64,000 nucleotides of DNA, from NCBI RefSeq assembly GCF_030144855.1, contig NC_082717.1, positions 109,492,001-109,556,000 on the forward strand. Direction: 5' to 3'. Below the pieces are notes generated by a model. It worked only from the letters and a program-made list of their open reading frames with translations, ran no database searches and was not told where the DNA came from. The translations under genes were made by a program, and so were the position numbers. The stretch's first letter is position 1, and each line of letters starts with the position of its first letter. This DNA is from Hypanus sabinus (taxonomy: Eukaryota). Positions 1 to 14,439 of the stretch are shown piece after piece.

Positions 1-205
1 GAAGTTGGTTCCCAGAATAGGACTGACAATTGTACTTGTTGCAGCTGCTGGGCTCCATTTTGCAGTGCCCATGGAAAACTACTATTTTCTTAATAGGGTT
101 TTCTGGTAGCTCGTCATCTAGAATTTTAAGATGAAGTCCTGAAGGGGGAGAAAAGAGGGAGAGGAGGATCTACTTTGATTATTTGTATTTTTGCCTCCTC
201 CATCT

Positions 206-1455
206 TGGGTTGGGCCACACTTAGACCCCCTCCAGTTCGCCTATCAGCCCCAATTAGGAGTTGAGGATGCCATCGTCTACCTGCTGAACTGTGTCTACGC
301 CCACCTGGACAAGCCGGCGAGCACTGTGAGGGTCATGTTTTTTGACTTCTCCAGTGCGTTTAACACCATCCACCCTGCTCTGCTGGGTGAGAAGCTGACA
401 GTGATGCAGGTGGATGCTTCCCTGGTGTCATGGATTATTGATTACCTGACTGGCAGACCATGGTACATGCACTTGCAACACTGTGTGCCAGACAGAGTGG
501 TCAGCAGCACTGGGGCTCCACAGGGGACTGTCCTGTCTCCCTTTCTCTTCACCATCTACACCTCGGACTTCAACTACAACACAGAGTCTGCCATCTTTAG
601 AAGTTTTCTGATGACCCTGCCATAGTTGGATGCATCAGCAAGGGAGATGAGGCTGAGTTACAGGGCTATGGTGGGAAACTTTGTCACGTGGTGTGAGCAG
701 AATCATCTGCAGCTTAATGTGAAAAAGACTAAGTAACTGGTGGTGGATCTGAGGAGGGCTAAGGCACCGGTGACCCAAGGGGTCAGTGTGGACATGGTGG
801 AGGATTATAAATACCTGGGGATACGAATGGACAATAAACTGGACTGGTCAAAGAACACTGAGGCTGTCTACAAGAAGGGTCAGAGCTGTCTGTTTCCTGA
901 GGAGACTGAGGTCCTTTAACATCTGCCGGACAATGCTGAGGATGTACTATGAGGCTGTGGTGGCCAGTGCTATCATGTTTGCTGTTGTGTGCTGGGGCAG
1001 CAGGCTGAGGGTAGCAGACACCAACAGAATCAACAAACTCATTTGTAAGGCCAGTGATGTTGTGGGGGTGGGACTGGACTCTGACGGTGGTGTCTGAAAA
1101 GAGGATGCTGTCCAAGTTGCATGCCATCTTGGACAATGACTCCCATCCACTCCATAATGGATGGTTAGGCACAAAAGTACATTCAGCCAGAGACTCATTC
1201 CACCGAGATGTAACACTGAGTGTCATAGGAAGTCATTCCTGCCTGTGGCCATCAAACTTTACAACTCCTCCCTCGGAGTGTCAGACACCCTGAGCCAATA
1301 GGCTGGTCCTGGACTTATTTCCACTTGGCATGATCAATTTATTTATTTATTTATTTATGGTTTTATATTGCTATATTTCTTCACTATTCTTGGTTGATGC
1401 AGCTGTAACGAAACCAAATTTCCCTCGGGATCAATAAAGTATGTTTGTCTGTTTA
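206..1455 (+). mobile_element. 5'-truncated non-LTR retrotransposon, Rex1/Babar-like RT fragment (degenerate)
   Basis: ORF 191-625 LDPLQFAYQP..GVEDA..VRVMFFDFSSAFNTI..GAPQGTVLSPFLF; further frameshifted pieces 786-1293; ends GGGATCAATAAAGT plus short GTTT/GTCT tail. Confidence 0.9.
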
Positions 1456-2773
1456 GGTTTTGGTGGCTGGTGCTTTTTGGCCACTTCCTCCCATTTATTA
1501 AAACACCACATCATGTATTCTAAATCCCAATTTGGTCCCCTATCACCTCCTTTGGTTTCACCTTTCCGGCAACGAATTTTCTTTAAATCAAAAGAGCCTG
1601 CATTGGTGCAGTCTCCCTAGCTCCATCCATATAAACCACTAGAAAAAGTAATCACAGACCTGCTGTTTCCATGTTCCAGTCATCCCTTGACTGCTGGGGA
1701 GCCCAGAGGCATTGGGGGCTTACCCAGAAGTTGCTTAATCATCTTGTACTACTTTACCCTTTTCACAGTATGTTTATTCATCAGAGCCTTTGTTGGTGGA
1801 TGGTCAGACCTTGAGATTGTATCTCTGCTCTTTGGTTATAGCGCCAGTGGCCTCTGAGCATTTGCTTTCATTACTACTCATTTCTTACCTGTTAGTTTTA
1901 GGTCAATCTGTAATCAAATTTAGTTTTCAATCACAATGCAATTCCTTTGCCCTTTTCTGGCCAGAATTTATCTCAGTCTTTGAAGTCCCTGTTGTCCTTT
2001 AATTTGACTATTCGGTGGATTTTGGACCATGTCTACCATCTACCATCTTGCCCCTCTCCAGGAGCTCATGGATGGTCACCAGCCAGTCGAGCTCCTCTTC
2101 TGCACTGGTCTTGTCTCCCCCAGAGACTCTGGCTCATGGTCAAACGTTTCCAGTGATCTCCTTATCAATTCGTTTCTCAAACTCTCAGTAGCTCACAGTA
2201 TAACAGTTCTTTAGACCCCATATAAAAGGGACACATTGTTAGGGAAATTAATTTGCTAAGGAAGTTCCTTTAAAGTTGATCACAAATAAATTGGACACTG
2301 AATTCAAAACGATAGAGAATATCTTTATTCATGAATAAGAGAAGAATGACTCACTAATGATGTGATTGTCATGTCTTCCAAAGAACACATCAGTCTTTTT
2401 TTATACATGCATGCATAAAGTCAATTATATCAATCGGGTGTGTCTTATCAATTCCCACAACAAAATGCCAGAGACGGTTTCTTGTCTGTCCGCATCAGAG
2501 ATGGGTTGTTAAACATCTTTGAAACTATGATAAATTATTGTAAGAATGCTGAGAACCAAGGCCAAATGTGAACATTTATTTATGATAAATGTTACGGTAT
2601 TTATGATAAATAGAATGTTCATAAAATCCTTGCATCCAGTCATTAATTTGTCTTGTGTGTTAGTACAGGTGAAGAAAAAACCAGGATACGTCAGAAACCT
2701 GATGGCCCACAAGGTCTTCCCTACAGTTTATGATGTTCACTGTTTTCATTTTATTTGCACACTAAGGCTAACA
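1456..2773 (-). mobile_element. ERV/LTR-retroelement remnant: LTR (2237-2773), leader and degraded gag-like sequence, antisense to NRBP1; may continue at 1-205 beyond the Rex1 insertion
   Basis: TGTTAG...CTAACA termini at 2237/2773; minus-strand TATAAAA followed by AATAAA inside; minus-strand translation near 1460-1740 gives PPMPLGSPA..NAGSFDLKKI..WCFNKWEEVAKK, reminiscent of a class I retroviral matrix region. Confidence 0.55.
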
Positions 2774-5513
2774 CTAGTTATATGGAAGGCACAGGGTGTT
2801 AACTGCTCAGATGTTTTGACTCTTTTTCAGAATTTTCTTCCTCGAGAAATTTGCATTAATTGAGTGTGTTTTTGAGCATTGATGTTTCAAAGCATATTGC
2901 AACCAGTGAAGTGGAACCAAAATTGTAGATATGAGATTTATAGGACCTATGTTGCATGCATCTGTAAGTTGCAATATGATCTATTTTAGTTGACAGATTA
3001 GTAAACAGTGGCAGAAGTTGATAAATTCATGATTGGTCAGGGCATGAAAGAGTATGGGAAAAAGACAGGAGATTACGGCTGAGAAGGGAAATGGATCAGC
3101 TGTGATGAAACGGCAGAGCAGACTCAAAAGGCCAATTGGCCTAATTCTGCTTCTTTATCTTACGGTGTTATGCTCTAAACCCATAGAAATGGGACCAGTG
3201 CCCTGTTCTTCTTTGAATTAGTTCCCTGGAATCCATTTTTGTTTAAGAACAGATTCAAACTTGTTTCTCTCATAAAGGAAAGGTAACAGATGGTGGAGCA
3301 TGTCATCTATAGTGTACTGAATTATCATTCCTGAATTTTGTGTCTAGTGTACCTTGAATGCAGCTTGAAACCATGAAACTGTGATTGCATGTTTTTCCCT
3401 GCAATTGCATACAGAATCAGAGAATAACTGGGGGCAAGGGTGGGCTGGAGTTGGTTTCCAACATAAGCAGTGTAGTAGAGGAGGAATTGGTCATGCTGCA
3501 TTCTGGACTTTGCCTTTAAGTCAAGCCTAATAGTTGGACATCTGGCTCACAGGAGGTCTGTTTAAAATAAGCAGAGCAAAGTTTAACGGAGATGTCAGAG
3601 GTAGGTGATTTATACAGATTGGTATGTGCCTGGAACTGTTGGTGGTAGTAGGTGGTGATCTGATAGGGATAAAAATGAACTCTTAGATTGGCATAAGTAT
3701 GTAAGAGAAAACAGATGGTTATGGATTGTGTCGGAGGGAGAGAAGGTTTAGATTGTGAATGTGGGTCGGCAAAATGTTGCCGGCTGTACTGTGCTGTGCG
3801 CTGCATGTTCTATGTGGGTCCTATTTTGATATTAATGTAAATCAAATATAAGATTTTAGAACTATTTTGTTTCTATTTTAGTTTAATTAAGATGTAAAAA
3901 TGATTTTTGAGAATTTAGAATTATCCAGTGAATATAGATTAAAGACTGAAGGATAAATCGTACTTTGATGCAAAATAAAGCAGAAACCAAGAACTGAAAT
4001 TTTGTTATTTTTTCTACTGAGTGAGCAGCAAACAAAGTAATCTTGTTTGAAAATCATTGAATTGGTTTGAGGTACTGATTTCATGGAATGGCTGTCTTTG
4101 GGGAGCAGTAGGAACACATTCAATCTACCACATCTGAAACTCTGAACAGTTTCTCTCTTTCCCCGCTGCTTCCCAAAAACCCTGCAGATTATATTCTTTG
4201 ACATACCCATACAGTTCTCTTCAATAAGCATTGATTTGAATGAATTTGCACCACCCTTCCAAACACGAAGTTGCAGGTAATTATCAAACCAACTTTCTCC
4301 TTCCATTCTCTTGTATGCTTAAAGTAAATTTTATTCAAAATCTTCATCTTATGGCATTGATCTTTGACCATCCACTAATGGAACAACTTTTCTCTATCCG
4401 TGATTTTCTTGTACAAATTTGATTCAAGGTGCCCTTGATTTCTTTTGCTTAAAGGAGAATACCACATTTTCTGCTGTGTAACCTTGCAGCTGAAATTCCT
4501 TATCCCAGTCTGTTCTGCGACTTAAAAAAAATCATGTTATGCCAAAGTTGGAACTGGATTCTTTTTGTACTTCTGATGGAGGACCTGTAAAAATAATGGA
4601 ACAAAGTACACAGTCCTTAGTTTATTCGTGTTCAATCTGGTTTTTATTGAAGTGTCTTTTGGCCTTTTGATATACTTGTTTGATATTTTTCATATTTTAA
4701 AAACATACTTGCCACTCTTGGTACACAGGATTGCAATGTCCCAACTGCCCATAATGTACTTCGGGCAGCTGTTTTCCAGGAATACATTACTTCCATAAAT
4801 CAATAAATTTGTGAGCACTTTCATCAGCCTCAGCATTTCTCAAATGTTACTGCTGTAATGAAATGTAAAATTTTGTAAGGTCATAAGTGTAGTTATGAGA
4901 AATTATTAAATGATCAGTGTTGCAGAAGTATTGAAACAAATGTTATGAAGTTTTAAATTATTTGATTATGATAAATCTTCCAGAAATCATTTTCATTTGA
5001 AACTGCTGAAGTGATACAATTGATAATTTCTATTTTTCAATTTCTTGTTCTCTTAAAGCAACATGAAGGTGCTAGAAACCTTTTGATAACATATTTTAAG
5101 AAATTCAGAACTATAAATATTGTTAGTTCCTAGAAGTCTGTAATATTGAATGGGAATTACTTCATTTGAAATTATCCTGTAGTAGCTTATCTAATTGATT
5201 TGTTTCTTGATGGTCGTCAAACATAGTTTATTTTCTGCCAGCTGTAATCAGCATGGATTTTATCAATAGGACTTGTAACAGGATCTGTTTCATGGTTTTA
5301 GTTGTGATTTTTGTTTCTGTGTTAACTGACATCAAAATAGATACTAATTGTGAATAAAATCTGCAGATGCTGGAAATCTGAAGCAAAATGCTGCAAACAA
5401 TCAGAAGTTGGATGATAGCTGTGAAAAGTGGAAAAGTTAACATTTTCGGTTGAAAGTTTGACTTGAAAAGGTTAACTGTGCTCATCTTCCCACAGATTTC
5501 ACTTGCTCTGGGG

Positions 5514-5593
5514 CAGGGGTTCCCAACCTTTTTTATGCCTTAGACTCTTACCATTAATCACACAGTCTGTGGACCCCAGGTTGGGAACCCCTG
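5514..5593. mobile_element. 80-bp hAT(Charlie)-type MITE
   Basis: TIRs CAGGGGTTCCCAACCT / AGGTTGGGAACCCCTG; 8-bp TSD ctctgggg / ctctcggg (7/8 match). Confidence 0.85.
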
Positions 5594-5762
5594 CTCTCGG
5601 GGTACAAGTACAAAGTTCCCTGAAAGTGGTGAGTCAGGTACACGAGATGAACCAGATGTTTTGCTTCTTTAACAAGGCATTGAGTACAACAGTTGGGATG
5701 TCTTGGTACAGCTGTACAAGACATCTTTCCTCTCCCACCTTATTAAGTGCTGTCTAGTTTTA

Positions 5763-6990
5763 AATCAGAATCAGGTTTATTATCACCGGGTATTGCATGT
5801 AATTTGTTAAACTAGCAGGAGCAGTTCAATGCAATATATAATATAGAAGAAGAAAAAAATAATAAGTAAATCAGTATACATATGTTGAATAGATTAAAAA
5901 TCATGCAACAAAACAAATAATATGTATTTAAAAAGTGAGCTAGTGTTCAATGTCCATTTAAGGATTGGAGGGCAGAGGGGAAGAATCTGTTCCTGAATCG
6001 CTGAGTATGTGCCTTCAGGCTTCTGTATTCTCTACCTGATGGTAACAGTGAGAAAAGGGCATGCCCTGGGTGCTGGGTGGCCATAATAATGGATGCTGTC
6101 TTTCTGAGACACCATTCCTTGAAGATGTCCTGGTTACTTTGTAGGCTAGTACCCAAGATGGAGTTGACTAGATTTACAACCCTCTGCAGCTTCTTTCGGT
6201 CCTGTGCAGTAGTCCCCCCACCCCACCCCGCATAGCAGACAGTGATGCAGCCTGTCTAAATGCTCTCCATGGTACATCTATAAATGTTTTTGAGTCTATT
6301 TGTTGACATACCAAATCTCTTCAAACTCCTAATGAAGTATAATCACTGTCTTGCCTTCTTTATAGCTGCATCAATATGTTGGGACCAGGCTAGGTCCTCG
6401 GAGATCTTGACACCCAGGAACTTGAAACTGCTCACTCTCTCCACTTCTGATTCCTCTATGAGGATCAGTATGTGTTCCTTCGACTTCTGAATTCCACAAT
6501 CAGCTCTTGAGTCTTACTGACATTGAGTGCAAGGTTGTTGCTGCGACACCACTCCACTAGTTGGCATATCTCGCTCCTGTACACCCTCTCGTCTCCATCT
6601 GAGATTCTGCCAACAATGGTTGTATCATCAGCAAATTTATAGATGGTATTTGAGCTATGCCTAGCCACAAAGTCATGGGTATAGAGTAGAGCAGTGGGCT
6701 AAGCACATACCCCTGAGGTGCACCAATGTTGACTGTCAGTGAGGAGGAGATATTATTACCTATCCACACAAATGTGGTCTTCCGATAGGAAGTCAAGGAT
6801 CTAATTGCAGAGAGAGGTACAGAGGCCCAGGTTCTGTAACTTCTCAATTAGGATTGTGGGAATGATGGTATTAAATGCTGAGCTATAGTCGATAAACAGC
6901 ATCCTGACATAGTGTTTGTATTGTCCAGATGGTCTAAGGCCATGTGACGAGCCACTGAGATTGAATCTGTGTTGACCTATTGTGGTGATA
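5763..6990 (-). mobile_element. Rex1/Babar-like LINE, 3' part (degenerate)
   Basis: Minus ORFs: [68 protein letters not shown]; (GATTCT)n tail at 5763. Confidence 0.9.
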
Positions 6991-7574
6991 GATTCCACTA
7001 CCCTGGGGAAAAAACCTATGACTATTTATCTTCACTCAATTTTATAAACCTCCATAGGGTTACCCCTCAGTTTTCTTTGTCCCAGGGAAAGCAGCCCCAC
7101 TTATCCAGTCTCTCGTTAGAACTCATCCTCCAGTCCTGGCAATGTCCTTGCAAATCATTTCTACACCTTCTCTACCTTAATTGCATTCTTCCTGCAGAGC
7201 AGCACAAATATTCCCAGTGCAAGATGGTGGGTATCTGGAATGAGCTGCCAGAGTAAGAGGTTGAGGTGGATAAAATTACAGCATTGGGATAGCTGTGTGA
7301 TTAGAAACACTTTAGAGGATTACAGGCAAATGGGACTTGTTCAGGATGGCACCTTGGTAACTAGAGATGATGTGAGTTCAAGTGCCTGTTTTCATGCTAT
7401 AGGACTCCAACCTGTTAAGAGTTACCAGCCATCGGATTCTGGATTTGTTTTAAGTAATCATCAAGACTTAATGGATGAGGATGTATTTGAGATAGGTCTG
7501 CTGTCCATGATATGATTACGTATTCTACTTAGAATTTGCCATTGCAGCCTGTAAGACAACAGAATTTAAATCTT

Positions 7575-7740
7575 AACACTCAGTGCTGGAAGAACTCCGT
7601 GGATCAGGCAGTGTCCATGGAAATGAACAAACAGACAATGTTTTGGGCCAAGACCCTTCTTCAGAACTTGAGTTTCTCTAACATATTGTGTCTCTGTTGT
7701 TTTGGATTTCCAGCTTTTGTAGAATTTCTTATGTTTCTAA
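7575..7740. mobile_element. Short quasi-palindromic Penelope pLTR-derived repeat with a decayed hammerhead motif (minus strand)
   Basis: Matches the repeat at 29700-29840 and 32290-32420; minus strand reads CTGAAGAAGGGTCTTGGCCCAAAAC. Confidence 0.6.
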
Positions 7741-8626
7741 TTTAAATGTACTGCGTTCTCACTGTGGATTGTCACACCAGATATGTTGCTACGTAACAGC
7801 GGAAAATTTCTTTGAGCTGAAGGTTTAGGAACAGGATCCTGTTGACTCATCCCTAATGAATACTTTACTCTAGGGGATGCAAGAACATTTATAATAGATA
7901 CTCCAACAAAATGTTATCTGGCTGACTTTCGTGCTGTCTAATTTTAGGTTCCAATTGGAAAGTTCTTGGTTCTCAAAAGTAATGAAGTAGGCCTCAAATC
8001 TTCCTGTTCTCCCTTGTTCAACCTTTGCTTTAAATGTATTCAATAACTTGGTCTCCATACCCACCTGTGCAAGAGAATTCCACCGTCTCACCACTGACGA
8101 AAGAAATTTCTCCCTGCCTCTGGTCTAAAGAGGAGTCCAATTCTGAGGCTCTTCCTCAATCATCAGCCTTTAGTAGATATATATAATCTTGCTTATTTTT
8201 CCTTGTCCATTCAACCTGGTGTTCAGTTGTTTGGGTATTCCTTATTTGATATTTATTCCTTATTTCTTATTTATATTATCTCATTGCTTTCTATTATGCT
8301 GAATATTCTAAAGAAGATAAAAACTTATCTGCCGTATTTTTTTTGAAAGAGCACGAAAAAATAAGTGCTGCTTTTTAATTGGAATAAAACTGCCTGAAAC
8401 CTAGCCAGTAGTTTAAATTAACGGAGATGGTGACAGCAAAGATAAAAGCAAACTCCCTCCAGTGTTTGATCTGAGGGGAAAACAGATAGCTATCCAGATT
8501 GAGATCGAGGGGACTGAGAATGGAGAATAAATGAGCCACCTTATGTTAGGGTTTTGTTCACTTCCAGGTTTCATGTTTCAAGCAATAATTCAGTATTTGA
8601 AAGTAGATATAATGGAACTACGTATT

Positions 8627-9420
8627 CAAGTAAAGTCAAGTCGCATTTTATTGTCATTTCAACCATAAAATGCCCGTACAGTAGACAGTAAAATCAAAAC
8701 AACGTTCCTCCAGGACCCTGGTGCTACATGAAACAACACAAAACTACACTAGACTATGTAAAAACAGCACAAAAACTACACCAGACTATATACCTACACA
8801 GGACTACATAAAATGCTCAAAACAGTGCAGGGCAGCACAATAATTATTTAATTAATAAACAAGACAACGGGCACAGTAGAGGACAGATTTCAATATAATA
8901 AATGATGTAGATGTCAGTCTAGACTCTTGGTATTGAGGAGTCTGATGGCTTGGGGGAAGAAACTGTTTCACAGTCTGGTCATGAGAGCCTGAATGCTTTG
9001 GTACCTTTTGCAAGATGGCAGGAAGGAGAAGAGTTTGTGTGAGGGGTGCATGGGTCCTTCACAATGCTGTTAGCTTTGCGGGTGCAGTGTGTGGTGTAAG
9101 TGTCTGTAATGGTGGGAAGAGAGACCCCAATGATCTTCTCAGCTGACCTCACTATCCGCTGCAGAGTCTTGCGATCTAAGATAGTGCAATTCCCGAACCA
9201 GGCAGTGATGCAGCTGCTCAGGATGCTGTCGATACATCCTCTGTAGAATGTGGTAAGGATGGGGGAGGTGGGAGTCTTCACAGAAAGTAGAGATGCTGCT
9301 GGGCTTTCTTGGCTATAGAGCTGGTGTTGAGGGACCAGGTGAGATCCTCTGCCAGGTGAACACCAAGAAATTTGGTGCTGTTAATGATCTCAACAGAGGA
9401 GCCGTCAGTGTTCAGTGGAG
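8627..9420 (-). mobile_element. Rex1/Babar- or L2-like LINE 3' fragment
   Basis: ORF 8979-9281 ILTTFYRGCIDSILSSCITAWFGNCT..LQRIVRSAEKIIG; (ACTTG)n-type tail near 8627. Confidence 0.85.
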
Positions 9421-12400
9421 ATATCCTTGGGATTTTGGTACCACTAAGAGATTTAGGCTTTTAACTCCCCCACCTACACACTAAGCAGCAGTACAATAAA
9501 TATTCCAGTAAACCCATTCAGTTTAAAGAAATGAGAATTTTGCAAGAATGATGCATCTCTGATCCTGCCACAAACCTACCCAAGTTCCTGGCCTCTGGAG
9601 TTCAAGACTCCTATTCCAATTTTGGTTGGACCCCAGCTGCGCTTCATGTTCTGCTTGCCTCTGGTTGAACACTCTGCTTGCACTCTGGAGCCCTGGTTCA
9701 CATTCTGGATTAACAATGAACTAAATGTCTTGCAATCAAGAATTCTGAATAGTTGGTTTATCTAAATTTTTACAGTGGTTACGTTGTTTAAAAATAAATG
9801 TGACCAAAGGAGCAAGTCAGGTGAATGTGATTAAGGCTGACTAGAGGATAAATACTTGTATATTCTGACTAGAAAATGACCTTTTTCCTCATTCTGACTT
9901 TACTTTGTAATGGAATAATGATTGTTTCTTACCTTGAGCTTCATTACTTTTGAAGATGAGATTAATGTGTTGAATTTTGTGTGTAACCTTTGTATTATCA
10001 ACTCCTTTGTCCAAGTATATATCAAAATTTCTGAAATTTCTAGATTGGCTTTTGTAGATTGATTTCCATATTTATCAGTTTGATATGATGTGGTAGATTG
10101 CTTTAAATTTGTACATGCATTTCCTGTTGTGTTCCTGTTACAAAATATTTCCCAATCTTGTTTATCCCGTGCACCCCAAGTTGGGAACCCCATGCTCTGA
10201 CAATGCAAGAGGAAACATCTTGGGCAACTGGTGTCCAATTGATTTGGTTTGTACTTATTGAGAACAATTAGATTTTGTGACCTTGATGCATAATAGCTAT
10301 ATTAACTCTACAGTAATACACTGCAAATCTAAAAAAATTATACCTTGCACTTGGCTGTGCTTATTTTAGAAGATTGGAGTGCTTTGAGTAAATATGCAAT
10401 GTTGGAGCCAGAAATCTCTCATGGGATCTGTCTGACTATGGCATTTATGTTCAGCGCTGTTCCCTTGGATCTGAATGTTGAAAAGTTGATTGCTACTGGA
10501 AAAATTGTTTTGATCATGTTTTGGTAAAAAAACTGTGAACCATAATTTGTCAGAAGATTTCTTTAGATAAAGAATCTTTTTTTTCCTCTCTCGCTTATGT
10601 TGACCTTCCATCTTGCTGTTTGTTTGTTTTGTTTCTGTTCCATTTCTAACCCTGTATACAAACCTTCCCTTCTTAACCATTTAGGAATGACTAATCTGGC
10701 ACTTCAGCACTGACTAGTGAAAAATGAAGTCCAGGGGTCCCCCTGGATTTAACTTTAAAGATCTGAGTGTCTTTGGGAAATCCAATAATTTAGAAGTTAA
10801 TTGAACATATTTTATCGGACGAGTTCAATGCCATAACTCAAAAGATTTTATTAAAATCAATGAGCAATTGCAAAATGTTTCATGGTCACTTGTGCTTATT
10901 TTACAGCACTTCATAGTTCTTGGCCTCTCATTGAATCTGAAGTGGTATTAGATATAATCATGCTTCCACTAAAACAAGACTAATATGAATTCCCTCTGTG
11001 GATCTCTGTAACATCACAAAGTAACTGGAATAATGATAAAAGGAAGGCTAATAACTTACTCCAATATCTGGTTGTGTCTTTCTCTTTGTTAACTGGATTG
11101 AATTTCAAGTTGTTCTCAGTGTGCACATAGGCTGTCATTGATCTTCATTTATTCTTGAAAGGGGCCGGGCTGCTGCTTTGAATTCGTTTGGTCAATGGTT
11201 CAGGATTTTAGCCCATTGATTATGAAGGGAGCCCAAATATGCCCAAGGTAGGCTATGGGAATTGTAGCCAACTTATCATAAGATCATAAGATATAGGAGC
11301 AGAATTAGGCCATTCAGCCCATTGATCTAATGCCATTTGAGTGTCGCTGATTTATTATCCCAAACAGAGCACTACAGCACAGAAATTGGTAGTTTGGCCT
11401 ATCTAGTCCATTTAAAGCTTATTCTGCCCAGTACTTTCGACCGGTACCTGGACCATGGCCCGCCATACCTCTTCATCCATGTACTTGTCCTGATTTCTCT
11501 TAAATGTTGCAAATGAATTTGCATCCGCCACTTCCACTGGCCACTCTCACTGGGCTCTAAATGCTGCTCACCCTTAACCTCTGAGCTCCAGCTCTAGTTT
11601 CATCCAGAAAAAGCGTGCTTGCATTTACCCTATCTATACTCCTATTGTCCTCGTGATGCCATTACTAATCAAAAAATGTCCACTTTAAGTGTACCCTGTG
11701 ACTTGTCCTCCGCCATCTCTGGCAATGTGTTCCACAGATTCACCACCTTCAGGCTAAAAAAGAAGTCCTCTTATCATTATCAGCCCTTATCTGTGTATGG
11801 TTTGAGGTGAGCTGTAACAGAAATTTGAATGGGTTGCTGCCATGCATCCTGCAGATACTACCAGCTGCATTCCCTAAGCCTGTGGATGGAGTGTTTGTCA
11901 TGCATTCTCCTCCATGGTTTTAGATCTTTGTCCATCCAGACAAATAAGGGCATTCTTCTGTCATGCTCTTTAGGTAGGAGAGGGGTTTTAAAGAGTGGAT
12001 GGTGAGTCATGGTTGAATTTCTGGCCAAGGTCTAAGGGGAATCCTATTTCTGCCTAGTTAACTGTCTGGGTATCTTTACTATTTCAGGTAATTTACAGAG
12101 CTTTGTATTCACTTATTGGTACAAAATCAAGCTTTCAGTATTTGAAAATACATTGTTTTGCATTTCTCATTTACTTTCCAGGTAATGTGTATACCTGGAC
12201 AGAATACCAGTGTGAGCTATCTAGTGATGCTTATGTATTTAGTTTGGCTAGTATCTGCACAGAAACATATTTCCTGCTGAGAAATGCATTAATTCCAAAA
12301 TTTAATAAAATTGTTTTTTTAAATCTGAATCAACTTTATTCACCGTATACATTTAAACACATTTTGGAAATTGCTATGGTATTTGCACGACACGAAGGGA

Positions 12401-12570
12401 AAAATAGTTAGAATTACAGATTTGTTTACAGTGAAGTTTAATTTGAGTTACAGGTGCACAGTCTGCTTCCAAGTAAATGGTTAGTAAATGTCACAGTTCA
12501 TTTTACTTCAGTTTAGATATGTATTAATGTTCTGGAATAAACTGAACTGATGGGACTAAAATAAATTGTA

Positions 12571-13986
12571 CAGTGTCCATAAAAAAAGAAAAATCCCCCC
12601 CCCCCCAGAAATTTTCATGTTTTACTGTTTTACAACATTGAATCTCGGATTTAATTTGGATTTTTTGACACTGATCAACAGAACAAGACTTCTTGTGTCA
12701 AAGTGAAAACAGATCTCTGCAAAGTGATCTAAATTAATTACAAATATAAAACACAGAATAATTGATTGTTGAAGTATTTGCCCCCTTCGGGTCAGCATTT
12801 AGTCATAGACTGTGTGGATAGGCTCAACCAGCTTTGTACATCTGGACGTTGTAATTTTCCCTCATTCTTCATAAAACTGTTCAAGCTCTGTGAGATTGCA
12901 TGGGGATCGCAAGGAAACAGCCCTTCTCAAGTCTAGCCACACATTCTGAATTAGTTTGAGGTCTGGACTCTGACTTGGCCACTCCAGGGCATTAACTTTC
13001 TGTTTTTAAGCCATTCCTGTGTAGCTTTGGCTTTGTGCTTGGGGTCATTGTCTTGCTCCCAAATTGCAGTTCTCTTGCAGACTGCATCAGGTTTTCTTCC
13101 AGGACCTGCTGCAGTGAAGCATCCCCACAGCATGATGCAGCCACCACCGTGCTTCACAGTAGGGATGGTGTGTTTTTGATTATGTTCAGTGTTTGCCTTA
13201 CACTGAACATAGCTTTTTGGCCATCAGACTAAATGCTCAATTTTGGTTTCATAAAACCTTCTTCCAGCAAACTACCCACGATTTCATGAGAGTTTATTTT
13301 TCAGCAGTGGCTTTCTTTGCCACTCTCCCATAAAGCTGTGACTGGTGAAGCACCTGGGGCAGCAGTTGTTGTATGCACTGTCTCTCCCATCTCAGCCACT
13401 GAAGCTTGTAACTCCTCTAGAGTTGTCATAGGTCTCTTGGTGGGCTCCCTCACTAGTCCCCTTGCATGGTCACTCAGTTTTTGAGGACAGTCTACTCCAG
13501 GGAGATTTAAAGCTGTCTATATTCTTTCCATTTGTTGATTAACTTAACTGTACTCCAAGGGATTTTCAGTGACTTGAAATTTTCTTGTATCCATTTCCTA
13601 ACTTGTGCTTATCATAACCTTTTCTCAGAGTTTCTTGGAGTGCTCTGTTGTCGTTGTGGTGTAATTTTTGCCAGGATACCGTGTATTTTTATTATGTTCA
13701 ACTGAAACACCTTGACTGCACACATTTAACTAATGATATGACTTAAAACCTATTGGCTTTTAAAACCAGTGATGTTCTGGTGTGTCATATGGAAAAAGGG
13801 GTGAATACTTAAGCAATCAATTAATTTGTGTTTTATATTTAGATCACTCTGTAGAGATCTGTGTTTTCACTTTGACACATTAGTCTCTTTTTTTATTGAT
13901 CAGAGTCAAAAAAATGCCAAATTAAATCTACTGTAAAACAAACATCAAAGCTTCCGGGAGGGGGGGTATTTTTTTTATTGGCACCG
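12571..13986 (-). mobile_element. Tc1/mariner transposon, Passport-like IR/DR type, internally deleted and defective
   Basis: TA|CAGTG...CACCG|TA ends with ~200-bp TIRs; minus ORF KHGGGCIMLWGCF..QDNDPKHKAK; same family as 23457-25048. Confidence 0.9.
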
Positions 13987-14439
13987 TATATGTGAATGAC
14001 TTGAATTTATTCACACTGAAGGAAAAAGCAGGGCTACTTGTAAATCAGTTAACTTAAAATTTGGTGAAAAATTTTGTTGGACATTGTAGTCATCAGAGCT
14101 GTGTAAATGGTTTCATGTAGACAATGGTTTGGGTAGGAAGTTATTTTATACAGATTTGTTGAATTTATTTTGTGGTGAAAATATCCTCTTAGTGCTAATG
14201 AACACAATATTTTCAATACAGTAAATGTCTTCAATTTCTGTTGAAGTTGTACAGGGGCTTCATGGGTTCAGATGTTCTGCCCTGCAACTTTACATAAATC
14301 GTACTATGCATTTTTGAGGAATTATTCAGGATTATAATTGTTTTATGATATTAATTACTGAGTGGATATTATGCACTATACTATTATTAGTTTGGAGTTT
14401 AACTTGGGCATATATAGGTGAATTTTGTGAAGTTAAACC

